This document shows positions 30,835 to 41,000 of a stretch of 64,000 nt of DNA, one piece after another (positions within the stretch are counted from its first letter, which is position 1; every line of letters starts with the position of its first letter). The position numbers were made by a program, and so were the translations under genes. The notes beneath the pieces are model-generated. The model did not search any database and was not told the origin of the DNA. It worked only from the letters and a program-made list of their open reading frames with translations. This DNA is from Lachnospiraceae bacterium. GTDB taxonomy: Bacteria; Bacillota; Clostridia; Lachnospirales; Lachnospiraceae. The stretch is taken from positions 1 through 64,000 of the forward strand of contig JALEKK010000036.1 of the NCBI GenBank assembly GCA_022769005.1, read 5' to 3'.

Positions 30835-31815
30835 ATGGGAATGATAGAAGCAAGCCTGGATATTCCCGTCGAAACGGCGGAAATCGTATTCGGACCACTT
30901 GACAGATATATCAAAAAAATAGAAAAGACACTTCAGGTTACCGTATTGCAAAGGGACTCATCGGTTAAGATAATGGGTAATAACGATACCGTATCAAGAG
31001 CGGTACATGTAATAAAAGCTTTGAGCTCTCTTGCTTCCAATAAAGGCGAACTTACGGAGCAGGACGTTGATTACTGCTTAAGCCTGTCGGAAGACAACAA
31101 TGAAGAGCAGATAGTTGAAATCGATAAGGACACGGTAGCGAGAACTTTCTTGGGAAAGCCTATAAAACCAAAAACACTCGGTCAAAAACAGTACATAGAC
31201 ATGATTCGTGAGAAGATGATTGTGTTTGGAATCGGTCCCGCGGGAACGGGAAAAACATACCTTGCAATGGCCATGGCAGTCAATGCGTTTAAAAAGAACG
31301 AGGTTGAAAGAATAATTCTTACGCGACCTGCAATTGAAGCGGGAGAAAAGCTCGGCTTTCTGCCGGGAGATTTACAATCAAAGGTAGATCCTTATTTAAG
31401 ACCGCTTTATGATGCCCTGTTTGAAATCATGGGAGCCGAAAGCTTCAACATAAACCTTGAAAGGGGGCTTATCGAGGTAGCTCCTTTGGCATACATGAGA
31501 GGAAGGACTCTTGACAATGCGTTTATAATTTTGGATGAAGCACAGAACACAACTCCGTCACAGATGAAAATGTTTTTAACAAGAATAGGCTTCGGCTCCA
31601 AAGTTATTGTTACGGGAGACGGATCTCAAAAGGATTTGCCTCCGAACATAAAATCCGGTCTCGATGAGGCGGTTAAAATTCTTAAGGACATTCCTGAAAT
31701 AGGTTTTAACAGATTTTCCACAAGAGATGTTGTAAGGCATCCTCTTGTACAGAGAATCGTAAAAGCATATGAAGAGCATGAAAGAAGGGAAGCAAGAAAA
31801 GAGGAGAAAAAATGA
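30835..31815 (+). CDS. phoH: PhoH-like ATPase (PhoH/YbeZ)
   Basis: Walker A is GPAGTGKTYLAMAMAV. Size is 326 aa. It lies immediately upstream of ybeY, which is the conserved arrangement. Confidence 0.9.
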   Translation: MGMIEASLDIPVETAEIVFGPLDRYIKKIEKTLQVTVLQRDSSVKIMGNNDTVSRAVHVIKALSSLASNKGELTEQDVDYCLSLSEDNNEEQIVEIDKDTVARTFLGKPIKPKTLGQKQYIDMIREKMIVFGIGPAGTGKTYLAMAMAVNAFKKNEVERIILTRPAIEAGEKLGFLPGDLQSKVDPYLRPLYDALFEIMGAESFNINLERGLIEVAPLAYMRGRTLDNAFIILDEAQNTTPSQMKMFLTRIGFGSKVIVTGDGSQKDLPPNIKSGLDEAVKILKDIPEIGFNRFSTRDVVRHPLVQRIVKAYEEHERREARKEEKK

Positions 31816-32327
31816 GCGTTATAATATCATATGAAACCGACGAAAAACTTGACATTGATTATGAAGAGATAATCACAAATGTTGTAAACGGTGCCATAGA
31901 GTTTATTAATCTTCCATATAAAGCGGAAGTAAGCGTTGAGCTGTCCGACAATGAAGCTGTAAGAGGCGTAAACAACGAATTCAGAGGGATAGACAGCGAA
32001 ACAGATGTTTTGTCATTTCCCGCTCTGGAGTACCATAAACCGGGAGATTTTGAGAGCTTAAAAGACGAACTGGAAAAAGGATATGCATTATATTTCAATC
32101 AGGACACGGATGAGCTCGTTCTCGGAGATATGATGATTTCGGTTGAAAAGGTCAAAGAGCAGGCGAAAGAATACGGCCATTCTGAAACAAGGGAATTGGC
32201 GTTTTTGGTTGCACACAGTATGTTCCATTTGTTCGGATATGACCACATGTCACTGCCGGAAGCCGAAGAGATGGAAGAATTACAAAAGAATTTACTTGAG
32301 AAACTTGGATATACGCGGGACAAATGA
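31812..32327 (+). CDS. ybeY: Endoribonuclease YbeY (rRNA maturation factor)
   Basis: 171 aa with the H-x3-H-x5-H zinc motif (HSMFHLFGYDH). Confidence 0.85.
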   Translation: MSVIISYETDEKLDIDYEEIITNVVNGAIEFINLPYKAEVSVELSDNEAVRGVNNEFRGIDSETDVLSFPALEYHKPGDFESLKDELEKGYALYFNQDTDELVLGDMMISVEKVKEQAKEYGHSETRELAFLVAHSMFHLFGYDHMSLPEAEEMEELQKNLLEKLGYTRDK

Positions 32328-33595
32328 TGACGGTTGATGTTGCAATAATAGGTGGCGGCGCGGCAGGCCTTGCGGCGAGCATAGAGTCCGGGAAAAGAGG
32401 CCTTAACACATTGGTTATTGAGCGCAACAATGAACCGGGCAAAAAAATATTGCAGACGGGTAACGGAAGATGCAATATTTCACATGTCGATATAAAAAGC
32501 AGTGATTACAGCAGGTATAATAACGCACGCCACAGAGAAAAATTTGTTGAAAAATTATTTAAAAATGTAAATCAGAAGGAAATTGTCGATTTTTTTGAAA
32601 ATATCGGCATATATATGATTCCCGAAACAGGTAAAACGGGACAGGATGTATACCTGTATCCGGAATCGTTTACGGCGCTTTCCGTTCGCAACGCTTTGGT
32701 AAATGCAAGCTCGGAAGCCGGCTGCATACATGCAACGGGCACATTTGTGAAGAATCTGTATAAAAAAAACGGATTGTTTTATATAGAGTGTGAACATAAT
32801 AATGAAAAACAGGTTTACAAATCAAGAAACGTTATATTGTCTCCCGGCGGGAAAGCCGCTCCCAAGAGCGGAACAGACGGAAACTTTTATGATATTTGCA
32901 AAAAGTTTAATCACGGTATAAGTAAGTTATATCCGTCTCTTGTCGGATTGAATACCGATGATGAACATATGGAACTTCTTGGCGGATGCAGAAATTATTC
33001 GGAGATTTCCCTTTTGTGTAAAGGTAAAAAAGTTGCCGAAGAAATCGGGGAAGTTCAATTTACAAAAAACGGATTATCCGGAATACCGGTATTCCAGTTA
33101 AGTGCGTACGGAGCAGAGCTTCTAAACAACAACAGACCGGGAGACGTCAAAATAATCACCGACTTTTTACCGCATCATACAAAGGATGAATTATATTCAA
33201 TAGTCGAAAAATGGTATAAAATATTCGGAAGCAGGAAATTGAAAGATTTTTTCGGCGGTATATTACATTCCAAAATTGTATTATTTACGGCCAGAAAGTT
33301 ATCAATGGCTGCGGATAAGTCGGTTTCCAAAGTTGACAAAAACAGACTGTTTAACTTTATCGATTGTGTGAAATCATATGAATTTAATATAACAGGAAGT
33401 GCCGGATTTGAAATTGCTCAGGTTACTTCCGGAGGAGTGGAACTGTCCGAAATTAATCCTGAAACATGTGAATCGAAAATTGTTGAAAATTTGTACTTTG
33501 CAGGTGAAATCATGGACGTTGACGGTCCGTGCGGAGGGTACAATCTGCACTTTGCATGGAGCAGCGGCATTGCCGCCGGAAGAAGCGTGCATTAA
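32324..33595 (+). CDS. HI0933/BaiN-like FAD-dependent flavoprotein (NAD(FAD)-utilizing dehydrogenase family)
   Basis: The N-terminus has VAIIGGGAAGLAAS (GxGxxG). An NGRCNISH motif and C-terminal GE(I/V)MDVDGPCGGYNL are typical of the HI0933 family. Confidence 0.8.
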   Translation: MMTVDVAIIGGGAAGLAASIESGKRGLNTLVIERNNEPGKKILQTGNGRCNISHVDIKSSDYSRYNNARHREKFVEKLFKNVNQKEIVDFFENIGIYMIPETGKTGQDVYLYPESFTALSVRNALVNASSEAGCIHATGTFVKNLYKKNGLFYIECEHNNEKQVYKSRNVILSPGGKAAPKSGTDGNFYDICKKFNHGISKLYPSLVGLNTDDEHMELLGGCRNYSEISLLCKGKKVAEEIGEVQFTKNGLSGIPVFQLSAYGAELLNNNRPGDVKIITDFLPHHTKDELYSIVEKWYKIFGSRKLKDFFGGILHSKIVLFTARKLSMAADKSVSKVDKNRLFNFIDCVKSYEFNITGSAGFEIAQVTSGGVELSEINPETCESKIVENLYFAGEIMDVDGPCGGYNLHFAWSSGIAAGRSVH

Positions 33596-33618
33596 AACAG
33601 AAACGGCAAGAGGAAGTT

Positions 33619-35241
33619 ATGATAGTTATAAATCAAATAAAGGCAGAAGTTGACAGAGAAAATTTTAATGATGCACGCAGAACGGATGCGATAATTAAAA
33701 AGGACATAGCAAAAAAACTGAAACTTAAATCCGTTTCCGATGTTCCCGGGTATAAAATAATAAAAAAATCTCTCGACGCAAGAAAAAAACCGAAACTTTT
33801 CTATATATACAGTGTACTGGTCGACATTAAAATGCCTTCAAAGGCTGACAGAAAATTCGTTTCCGAATATAACGAAGAAAAGTATGCATTTCCGTATTCC
33901 GCCGGAAACGGCAGCGCTTCGTATCGCCCCGTTATTGTAGGATTCGGACCCGGCGGAATGTTTTCAGCATTATTGCTTGCAAGAGCCGGATTTAAACCTA
34001 TCGTATTGGAGAGAGGAAGAGATGCGGATTCAAGAAGCAGAGATGTGGAATGTTATTGGAACGGCGGTGAATTGAAATATAATTCCAATGTCCAGTTCGG
34101 AGAAGGAGGCGCAGGCACATTTTCCGACGGTAAACTTTATACCGGAATAGGAAAGGCCGGCGGGAGAGTTGACTTTGTATTGGAATCATTTGTGAAAGCA
34201 GGTGCCTGTGAAGATATTTTATATGAGTCAAAACCTCATATAGGCACGGATATATTGTGTGATGTGGTTAAGAATATAAGAAAAGAAATCATAAGCCTAG
34301 GAGGAGAGGTGAGATTTAATTCTTTATTTGATTCCGTAAAAACGGAAAACGGAGAAATTACAGGATGCTCATATACCGATACGACGAACGGTGAGAAAGT
34401 ATATATCGAAACAGGGGCAATTATACTTGCCATAGGTCATTCCGCAAGAGATACATTCAGGTTTCTCAGAGAAAGCAATGTCAAAATGGAGGCAAAGGGA
34501 TTTGCCGTAGGTATGCGCGTGATTCACAGGCAGAGTATTATTGACAGATTTACATACGGTGAAAGTAACATTGACGGACTTTTTCCGGCGTCGGATTATA
34601 AGCTGACCGCCCATACGGGAAACGGAAGAGGGGTGTATTCGTTTTGTATGTGCCCGGGAGGATATGTTGTTGATTCCTCATCCGAAAAGGGCAGAATATG
34701 CGTAAACGGAATGAGCTATTCCGACAGAAACTCCGGATATGCCAATTCCGCAATAATAGTTAATTGCAATCCGGACGATTTCGGAGATGATTTATTTTCG
34801 GGAATGTACTTTCAGGAAGAACTGGAACATAAAGCATTTGCAGCAGGGCACGGAAAAATTCCCGTTCAGAGTTACGGAGATTACAAAGCCGGAAAGATAG
34901 GCTGCGAAACAGATCTCCGGGCGGCAATAAAGGGACAATATGTAAGCGCGGATTTAAGAAGTGTGTTTCCGGAATTTGTAAATGAATCAATAACGGAAGC
35001 ATTCGATATCTTTAATAACAGGATAGAAGGTTTTAACAGTGAAGATACTGTATGCGCCGGAGTTGAGAGCAGGACATCAAGTCCGGTAAGAATACTCAGG
35101 GATGAGCGAGGCCATTCCAGCATTAAAGGACTTTTTCCGTGCGGAGAGGGCGCCGGCTATGCCGGAGGAATAACGAGTGCAGCCGTTGACGGAATAAAGT
35201 GTGCGGAAAATGTTGCCGCTTTCTTATCCGAAAAGTGTTAA
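33619..35241 (+). CDS. NAD(P)/FAD-dependent oxidoreductase (COG2509-like uncharacterized FAD protein)
   Basis: The FAD motif is VIVGFGPGGMFSALLLARAGFKPIVLERG. ATG 33619 follows agaggaag. The ORF track start at 33529 overlaps the upstream gene and was rejected. Confidence 0.65.
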   Translation: MIVINQIKAEVDRENFNDARRTDAIIKKDIAKKLKLKSVSDVPGYKIIKKSLDARKKPKLFYIYSVLVDIKMPSKADRKFVSEYNEEKYAFPYSAGNGSASYRPVIVGFGPGGMFSALLLARAGFKPIVLERGRDADSRSRDVECYWNGGELKYNSNVQFGEGGAGTFSDGKLYTGIGKAGGRVDFVLESFVKAGACEDILYESKPHIGTDILCDVVKNIRKEIISLGGEVRFNSLFDSVKTENGEITGCSYTDTTNGEKVYIETGAIILAIGHSARDTFRFLRESNVKMEAKGFAVGMRVIHRQSIIDRFTYGESNIDGLFPASDYKLTAHTGNGRGVYSFCMCPGGYVVDSSSEKGRICVNGMSYSDRNSGYANSAIIVNCNPDDFGDDLFSGMYFQEELEHKAFAAGHGKIPVQSYGDYKAGKIGCETDLRAAIKGQYVSADLRSVFPEFVNESITEAFDIFNNRIEGFNSEDTVCAGVESRTSSPVRILRDERGHSSIKGLFPCGEGAGYAGGITSAAVDGIKCAENVAAFLSEKC

Positions 35242-35278
35242 TTATCAAAAATTCATTAATGGATGTGGGAGTACAAGT

Positions 35279-36985
35279 ATGTCGTATACAGCATTATATA
35301 GAAAGTGGAGACCGGAGACATTTTCGGAAGTTAAAGGACAGGATCCGATCGTTAAAACGTTAAAAAACCAGGTAGCCTCATCTCATACGGCTCACGCATA
35401 CCTTTTCAACGGCACCAGGGGAACCGGTAAAACCAGCGTGGCAAAGATCATGGCCATGGCCGTTAACTGTGAGAATCCGACGGACGGAGAACCGTGCCTT
35501 AAATGCAGTACATGTCTTTCAATCGCAAAAGGCTCAAATCTTAATATAAGGGAAATTGATGCCGCATCCAATAACGGCGTCGATAATATCAGGGAAATAA
35601 AAGAAGATGTTATTTACAAACCCACAAGCGGAAGATATAAGGTATACATTATTGATGAGGCGCATATGCTCTCTTCGGCAGCTTTTAACGCTCTTTTAAA
35701 GACACTGGAGGAGCCGCCTGAATATGTAATATTTATCCTTGCCACTACGGAGATAAGTTCAATTCCCATAACAATCAGTTCCAGATGTCAGAGATATGAT
35801 TTTAAGAGAATAAGCGTTGAAACCATATCCGATCAGCTGACGGAACTGGCTGAAAAAGAGAATATTCTTATTGAAGAAAAAGCAGTAAGATATATTGCAA
35901 GAAGCGCCGACGGAGCAATGCGAGACGCCTTGTCGCTGCTTGACAGATGTGTTTCGTTTTCGGTGGGAGAAGAGATAACCTACGAAAACGTTCTTGATAT
36001 ACTCGGGGCGGTTGATACGGATACATTTTCCGAGATGTATAACTGTTTAAAAGACGGAAACGTTTTAGCGTCATTGGAAGTTTTAAAAAATGCTCTGGAC
36101 GACGGAGTAGTAATTAACAGATTTATAAACGACCTGATAGATTATTTAAGAAATGTTCTTCTTATAAACTGTTCGATGGATGAAAACGGAGATGTTCCGG
36201 AAGAACTGATGCCTGACATTTCCGACGCCAATCTGGACAGGCTAAGAGAAGATGCTTCCGCTTCCGATGCGGATACGGTTATGTATTTCATAAAAGAACT
36301 GTCCGAATTATCCGAGAAAATAAAAAAATCAAATCACAAGAAAACATTGACGGAAGTTGCCGTAATTAAATTGTGTACAGATAAATATTTTCGGGGAGGA
36401 GATTCCGGAGGCAATAATGAGATTATAAAAATGCAGTCTGAGGCGATTATTACCCTTGAGCAGGAAATGCAACGATTGAAAACACAGATGGAAAATCTGT
36501 CCAAAGTCGGAGCAGCTGATTATATGAGTATACGGAGCAACAGCGCAGAACACGGAAATGAAACAAAACGCGAGGAAATAAGCCCGACTGTAAAGAGAGA
36601 CTTGGACAGTCTTTCAAAAGGAGAAATTACCATGGCACAGGCATGGGACTCCATAATGACCGTATACTTCGAAACATATAAGCAAAGTATACCCGCACAT
36701 TACAGAAAATCAGGAAAGTTCGTATCATACTCGGACGATAGACATGAAATTACATATGTGATAAAATCCAAAGTATATTTTGACAAACTTAAAAGTTTAG
36801 ATGAAAATACGGGTAAAACCTATTTAGAGCTTTTAAGAGAGACAATAAGCGAACTTACGGGTATGGAAAATATTACAATTGAGTTATCCGAGGAACGAAA
36901 TTCCAATAAGTTTAATAATTATACAGACATAAGCGAATTGGTCAAAGCTGATATAGAAATTGATGACAGAGAGGAAAACGTATAA
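35279..36985 (+). CDS. dnaX: DNA polymerase III subunit gamma/tau
   Basis: The N-terminus is YRKWRPETFSEVKGQD. The Walker A is GTRGTGKTS. A Zn module (CxxC...CxxC) and DEAHML are present. ATG 35279 follows gggag. Confidence 0.9.
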   Translation: MSYTALYRKWRPETFSEVKGQDPIVKTLKNQVASSHTAHAYLFNGTRGTGKTSVAKIMAMAVNCENPTDGEPCLKCSTCLSIAKGSNLNIREIDAASNNGVDNIREIKEDVIYKPTSGRYKVYIIDEAHMLSSAAFNALLKTLEEPPEYVIFILATTEISSIPITISSRCQRYDFKRISVETISDQLTELAEKENILIEEKAVRYIARSADGAMRDALSLLDRCVSFSVGEEITYENVLDILGAVDTDTFSEMYNCLKDGNVLASLEVLKNALDDGVVINRFINDLIDYLRNVLLINCSMDENGDVPEELMPDISDANLDRLREDASASDADTVMYFIKELSELSEKIKKSNHKKTLTEVAVIKLCTDKYFRGGDSGGNNEIIKMQSEAIITLEQEMQRLKTQMENLSKVGAADYMSIRSNSAEHGNETKREEISPTVKRDLDSLSKGEITMAQAWDSIMTVYFETYKQSIPAHYRKSGKFVSYSDDRHEITYVIKSKVYFDKLKSLDENTGKTYLELLRETISELTGMENITIELSEERNSNKFNNYTDISELVKADIEIDDREENV

Positions 36986-37330
36986 ATGGCTAAAAGAGGT
37001 TTTGGTGGAATGGGCGGCGGAATGCCAGGAAATATGAGTAATCTTATGAAGCAGGCTCAAAAAATGCAAAAGCAGATGGAAGAGCAGCAGGAGCAGCTTC
37101 AGTCAATGGAGTTTGAGGCAAGCGCAGGCGGCGGAGCCGTAACGGTTGCCGTAAGCGGAAAGAAACTTGTAACAAAGGTTATTATCGACCCGGACTGTGT
37201 TGATCCGGATGATGTTGAAATGCTCCAGGATTTGATTCTTGCCGCTACAAACGAGGCTCTCAATAAGGCTGAAACAGAGGCTCAGAATAAAATGGCGGGA
37301 ATTACCGGCGGTTTGGGAGGCTTCATGTAA
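36986..37330 (+). CDS. ybaB: Nucleoid-associated protein YbaB/EbfC
   Basis: 114 aa with MGNMSNLMKQAQKMQKQMEEQQEQL. It occupies the conserved position between dnaX and recR. Confidence 0.9.
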   Translation: MAKRGFGGMGGGMPGNMSNLMKQAQKMQKQMEEQQEQLQSMEFEASAGGGAVTVAVSGKKLVTKVIIDPDCVDPDDVEMLQDLILAATNEALNKAETEAQNKMAGITGGLGGFM

Positions 37331-37331
37331 T

Positions 37332-37931
37332 ATGGAGATTTACAGTCGATACATAAAGAGACTGACAAGCGAGCTTATGAGCTTGCCAGGTGTTGGAGCA
37401 AAAAATGCCCAGCGCCTGGCTTTTTATATACTTAATCAGCCTAAGGAAAATGTTCAGTCTCTTGTAAATGCAATTACAGAAGCAAGGGATAATATTCACT
37501 ATTGCAAGGAATGTATGTGTCTGACAGACGAGGAGGTATGTCCCGTATGTGCGGATACGACAAGAGATCATAATACAATTATGGTGGTTGAACAGACGAG
37601 AGATATGGCGGCTTATGAAAAAACGGGGAAGTACAACGGGGTATATCACGTTTTACACGGAGCCATTGCTCCGCTTCAGGGCATTACGGAAGAAGATATA
37701 AAACTGAAAGAATTAATTACAAGAATAACGGAAGAACCGGTTAAGGAAATAATTATTGCCACAAATTCAAGTCTTGAGGGTGAAACCACCGCTATGTATA
37801 TAAGCAAAATATTAAAAAATACAGGTATTAAAGTAACAAGGATAGCCAGCGGAGTTCCGGTGGGCGGAGATTTGGAATATACCGATGAAGTAACTTTGCT
37901 TAGAGCTTTGGAAGGCAGAACAGAGCTGTAA
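37332..37931 (+). CDS. recR: Recombination protein RecR
   Basis: It has an HhH (LPGVGAKNAQRLAFYIL), a C4 zinc finger (CKECMC...CPVC) and a Toprim domain. Size is 199 aa. ATG 37332 lies just after the ybaB stop. Confidence 0.9.
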   Translation: MEIYSRYIKRLTSELMSLPGVGAKNAQRLAFYILNQPKENVQSLVNAITEARDNIHYCKECMCLTDEEVCPVCADTTRDHNTIMVVEQTRDMAAYEKTGKYNGVYHVLHGAIAPLQGITEEDIKLKELITRITEEPVKEIIIATNSSLEGETTAMYISKILKNTGIKVTRIASGVPVGGDLEYTDEVTLLRALEGRTEL

Positions 37932-38079
37932 TTTGTTTTATAAACATTTAATTATATTTAAATATCATATATTTTACATAGCATTTTTACTATGTTAAAC
38001 TAAAAAGCGTTTAATTAACAAGAGTAAAAAAAGTATTATAAATGCTTTTACATAGATTCATTTTAGAGGGGCAATTTCA

Positions 38080-41000
38080 GTGGATAAATACGAGATAGGG
38101 TTGAGAATCCAAGAAATAAGAAGTGCATACGAAAAAAAAGATTTTAAAAAGGCCGCTGAGCTGGCAAAGGATATTGATTGGAGCAAAATCAAAGAGTGGA
38201 TTCCGCTTGCCATGATGGTTGACGTGCAGGAACAGGTCGGAGATCTGGAAGAAGCAAGAGATATGGCCATACTTGCATATAACCGCAATTTGGGCGGAAG
38301 AAAATTACTTTACAGATTGACTGAGATTTTCATCAAGCTCGGTGACTTTGATCATGCCGATGAGTTGTTTAAGGAATACTCAAAGGTGGCAAGACATAAT
38401 TCAAGTAAATATATTTTAGAGTATCACTTACTTAGAGCCAAAAAAGCTCCGAATGAAGAACAGATTAAGGTACTTGAGAAGTTCAGAGAAAAGGAAATCG
38501 ACGAACATTATATGTATAAGCTTGCCGGTCTTTACGCAAAAAACGGAGATGAAGACAAGGCGATTAAAATTTGCGACGAAATAAGCCTTTGGTTTGTAGG
38601 AGGAGATTATGTTGAGGGAGCCGTTAAATTAAAAAAGAGATTGGGCGGCAAACTCAATGACTCACAGCAGAAAGTATATGATGCGGCAAAAGTAAGAGAA
38701 GAAGATCTTGAAAGAACAAGAGAAATGACCTTTGCCGAGCAATTAAAGCTTGCAAGAAGCGAGGCCGACTCTGCAGCAAATAACGAAAAAGAAGAGCATA
38801 AACTGGGAGACGGACTTCTCGACAGTGCAAAACCTAACGCAGACAAAGATGATGCGGAAAGGTTTGCAGAGGCCCTCAAAGCACAGGCGGAGCAGGAAGA
38901 AAGCTTTGATGCGGAAAAGGAATACGGTTCGGAAGCGGTGTTTGACCTTACTCCGAAAAAGAAATCCGGAAATATTTTTTCGGCATTATTTAAGGGCATG
39001 CGTAATCGTAACGATGGTAAGGTTACGGAAGATGATTTAAAAGATAAGGATCTTGTAGACAGCTCTTACTTTAAGGACGATGACAAGAAGATAGAAAAAA
39101 TCGTTGAAGAGAAGGTTACAAAAAGTAATATTGACAACGTGGAGGAAGAGTCATCTGATGTTACCGTTGACGAATATATTCCGGAATTTGAGGCAGAGCA
39201 GACAAAGAAATTAATAAACAATGATCTGGAAGAAAAAGAAGAGCCGGATGTATTCGGTGACGAAGAAGAATTGCCGGAAGCAGAAGAGTTTGTTTTCGAA
39301 GAAAACGACAATACGACGGATAAAGTATCCGACAAAGATGTTATTGTCGATGACATCCATTCAGATGACGTACATTCCGAATCTTTGATTTCGGGAACCG
39401 ATGATTCAAAACAGATTTCAAAAGATGTTTCAGAAGAGGCTTCCGAAGAGATTATCAGCGAACCTGAAAGCGATAATACAGATACACGGGACAGCTCGGA
39501 TGTTGAAGAAAATGATGATAATACTGAAGTGAATTCCGAAATAAATACGGATGATTCGGATAATGACGATAAAAATAATACGAAATTTTCCGAATCTCTC
39601 AAAAGCATTATTGACGGTGCAAAAGAACGTCTTCATAGGGGATATTCTGAGATATTAAATACCGAAAGTCTTGTTTCCGTACCGGAGATTCATGAAAAAC
39701 TCGGAATACATGAGAGCATAAGCGCCGACGTCAATAAAATCATGTCGGAAGAAGAAAACAGGCAAAAACTTAAGGCGGAGAATAATGCCGTATCCGATGA
39801 AGATGAACAAATTGAAGGTCAGATGAATCTTTCGGATTGGATTGAGGCGGAAAGAGAGAGAAAATACGCAGATCGTCATACTAAAGAATTTTCGATTTCA
39901 GAACTTGAAAGAGCATTGGATGAGATTGAAGACAAGAGCAAAGCATATGATAAGTTAATGGAAGAACAGAAACGTTTGGCGAAAGAAGCCGGCGAACCGT
40001 TTAACGAGTCGGTTGCAAAGAGAAATGTTGAGTATACTTTGTCTGTCAAATCTTCAAGGACGGATTTGGATATAAGAACAGGCAAGGCTCAGGCAAGAAA
40101 TGAAGATGAAATTAATGATATATATTTTGCCAAGCCGGAACCTGAAGCGGAAATCGACGATTCGCTTTCCGCAAATAATATCATTGCCGATATAGTTAAA
40201 ATGGGAATAGACGCTCCTGAGGATAAGCTTAAAGTATTTGCCATAGCATTTGCGGACATCAATCCGGAGAGTATTAATATACAGATTGATAAAGCTCCTA
40301 AGAAAGTTATTAATTCGGCAAACATACTTTATGATTATTTCATGGGTAAAGAAATCACGGATGATCCTGCGGAAGTTTCCGCTGCAAGTATTGCACCTGC
40401 GGAAGAATCCGATATTAACCGTATTATTGCCGGCGCGGAGCAAAATGTTAATAACATCGGAACGGTTGCAGAACCTGATGTAAGCAATACCGGTGCCGTT
40501 GAAGAACCGGACGTAAATAATACAGAAGCTGTTGAAGAATCTGCCGTTAATAAGGTTGAGACAGTTTCGGAGCCTGACGTTAATATTGAGAACGGCATTG
40601 AATCGAATGATAATATTGAATCGGATGCTGAATTGAATGTTTCGGAAATCAACGAAGATAAATTGTCTGATAAAACTTCGGATTCGGAAACGCCTGCCGC
40701 GGATAATAATGAGGAAGCAAAGGACAATTACGAATATACAAGTATCCCTGCGGAATTACTCAACGGCAGCACATTTAAAGCATTAGATGTCGATAAAATA
40801 AGAAATTCCGTGTCGCCTAAATTAAAGGCGGAAGATACGACAGAGTTACCTGTTGAAGATACGGCCGCTGCTGTTTCTGATGCCGAGGCACCAAAAGAAA
40901 ACGAGCAGATTGACATTGAATCGGAAGATCGCATGCCTGAAGTTCATAAACCGGATTTTATCAATGATAACGACAATGTTGTTGACACCGTTACCGAGGG

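Noticed and set aside
33529-33618. N-terminal extension of the FAD protein starting at 33529 and overlapping the HI0933-family gene by 67 nt
   Set aside because: The extension (MRRVQSALCMEQRHCRRKKRALKQKRQEE) looks non-native. ATG 33619 with an RBS after the upstream stop is a far better start.
37239-37331. ORF-track start of recR at 37239 overlapping ybaB
   Set aside because: RecR homology begins at ATG 37332. The upstream part is the ybaB 3' end read in another frame.
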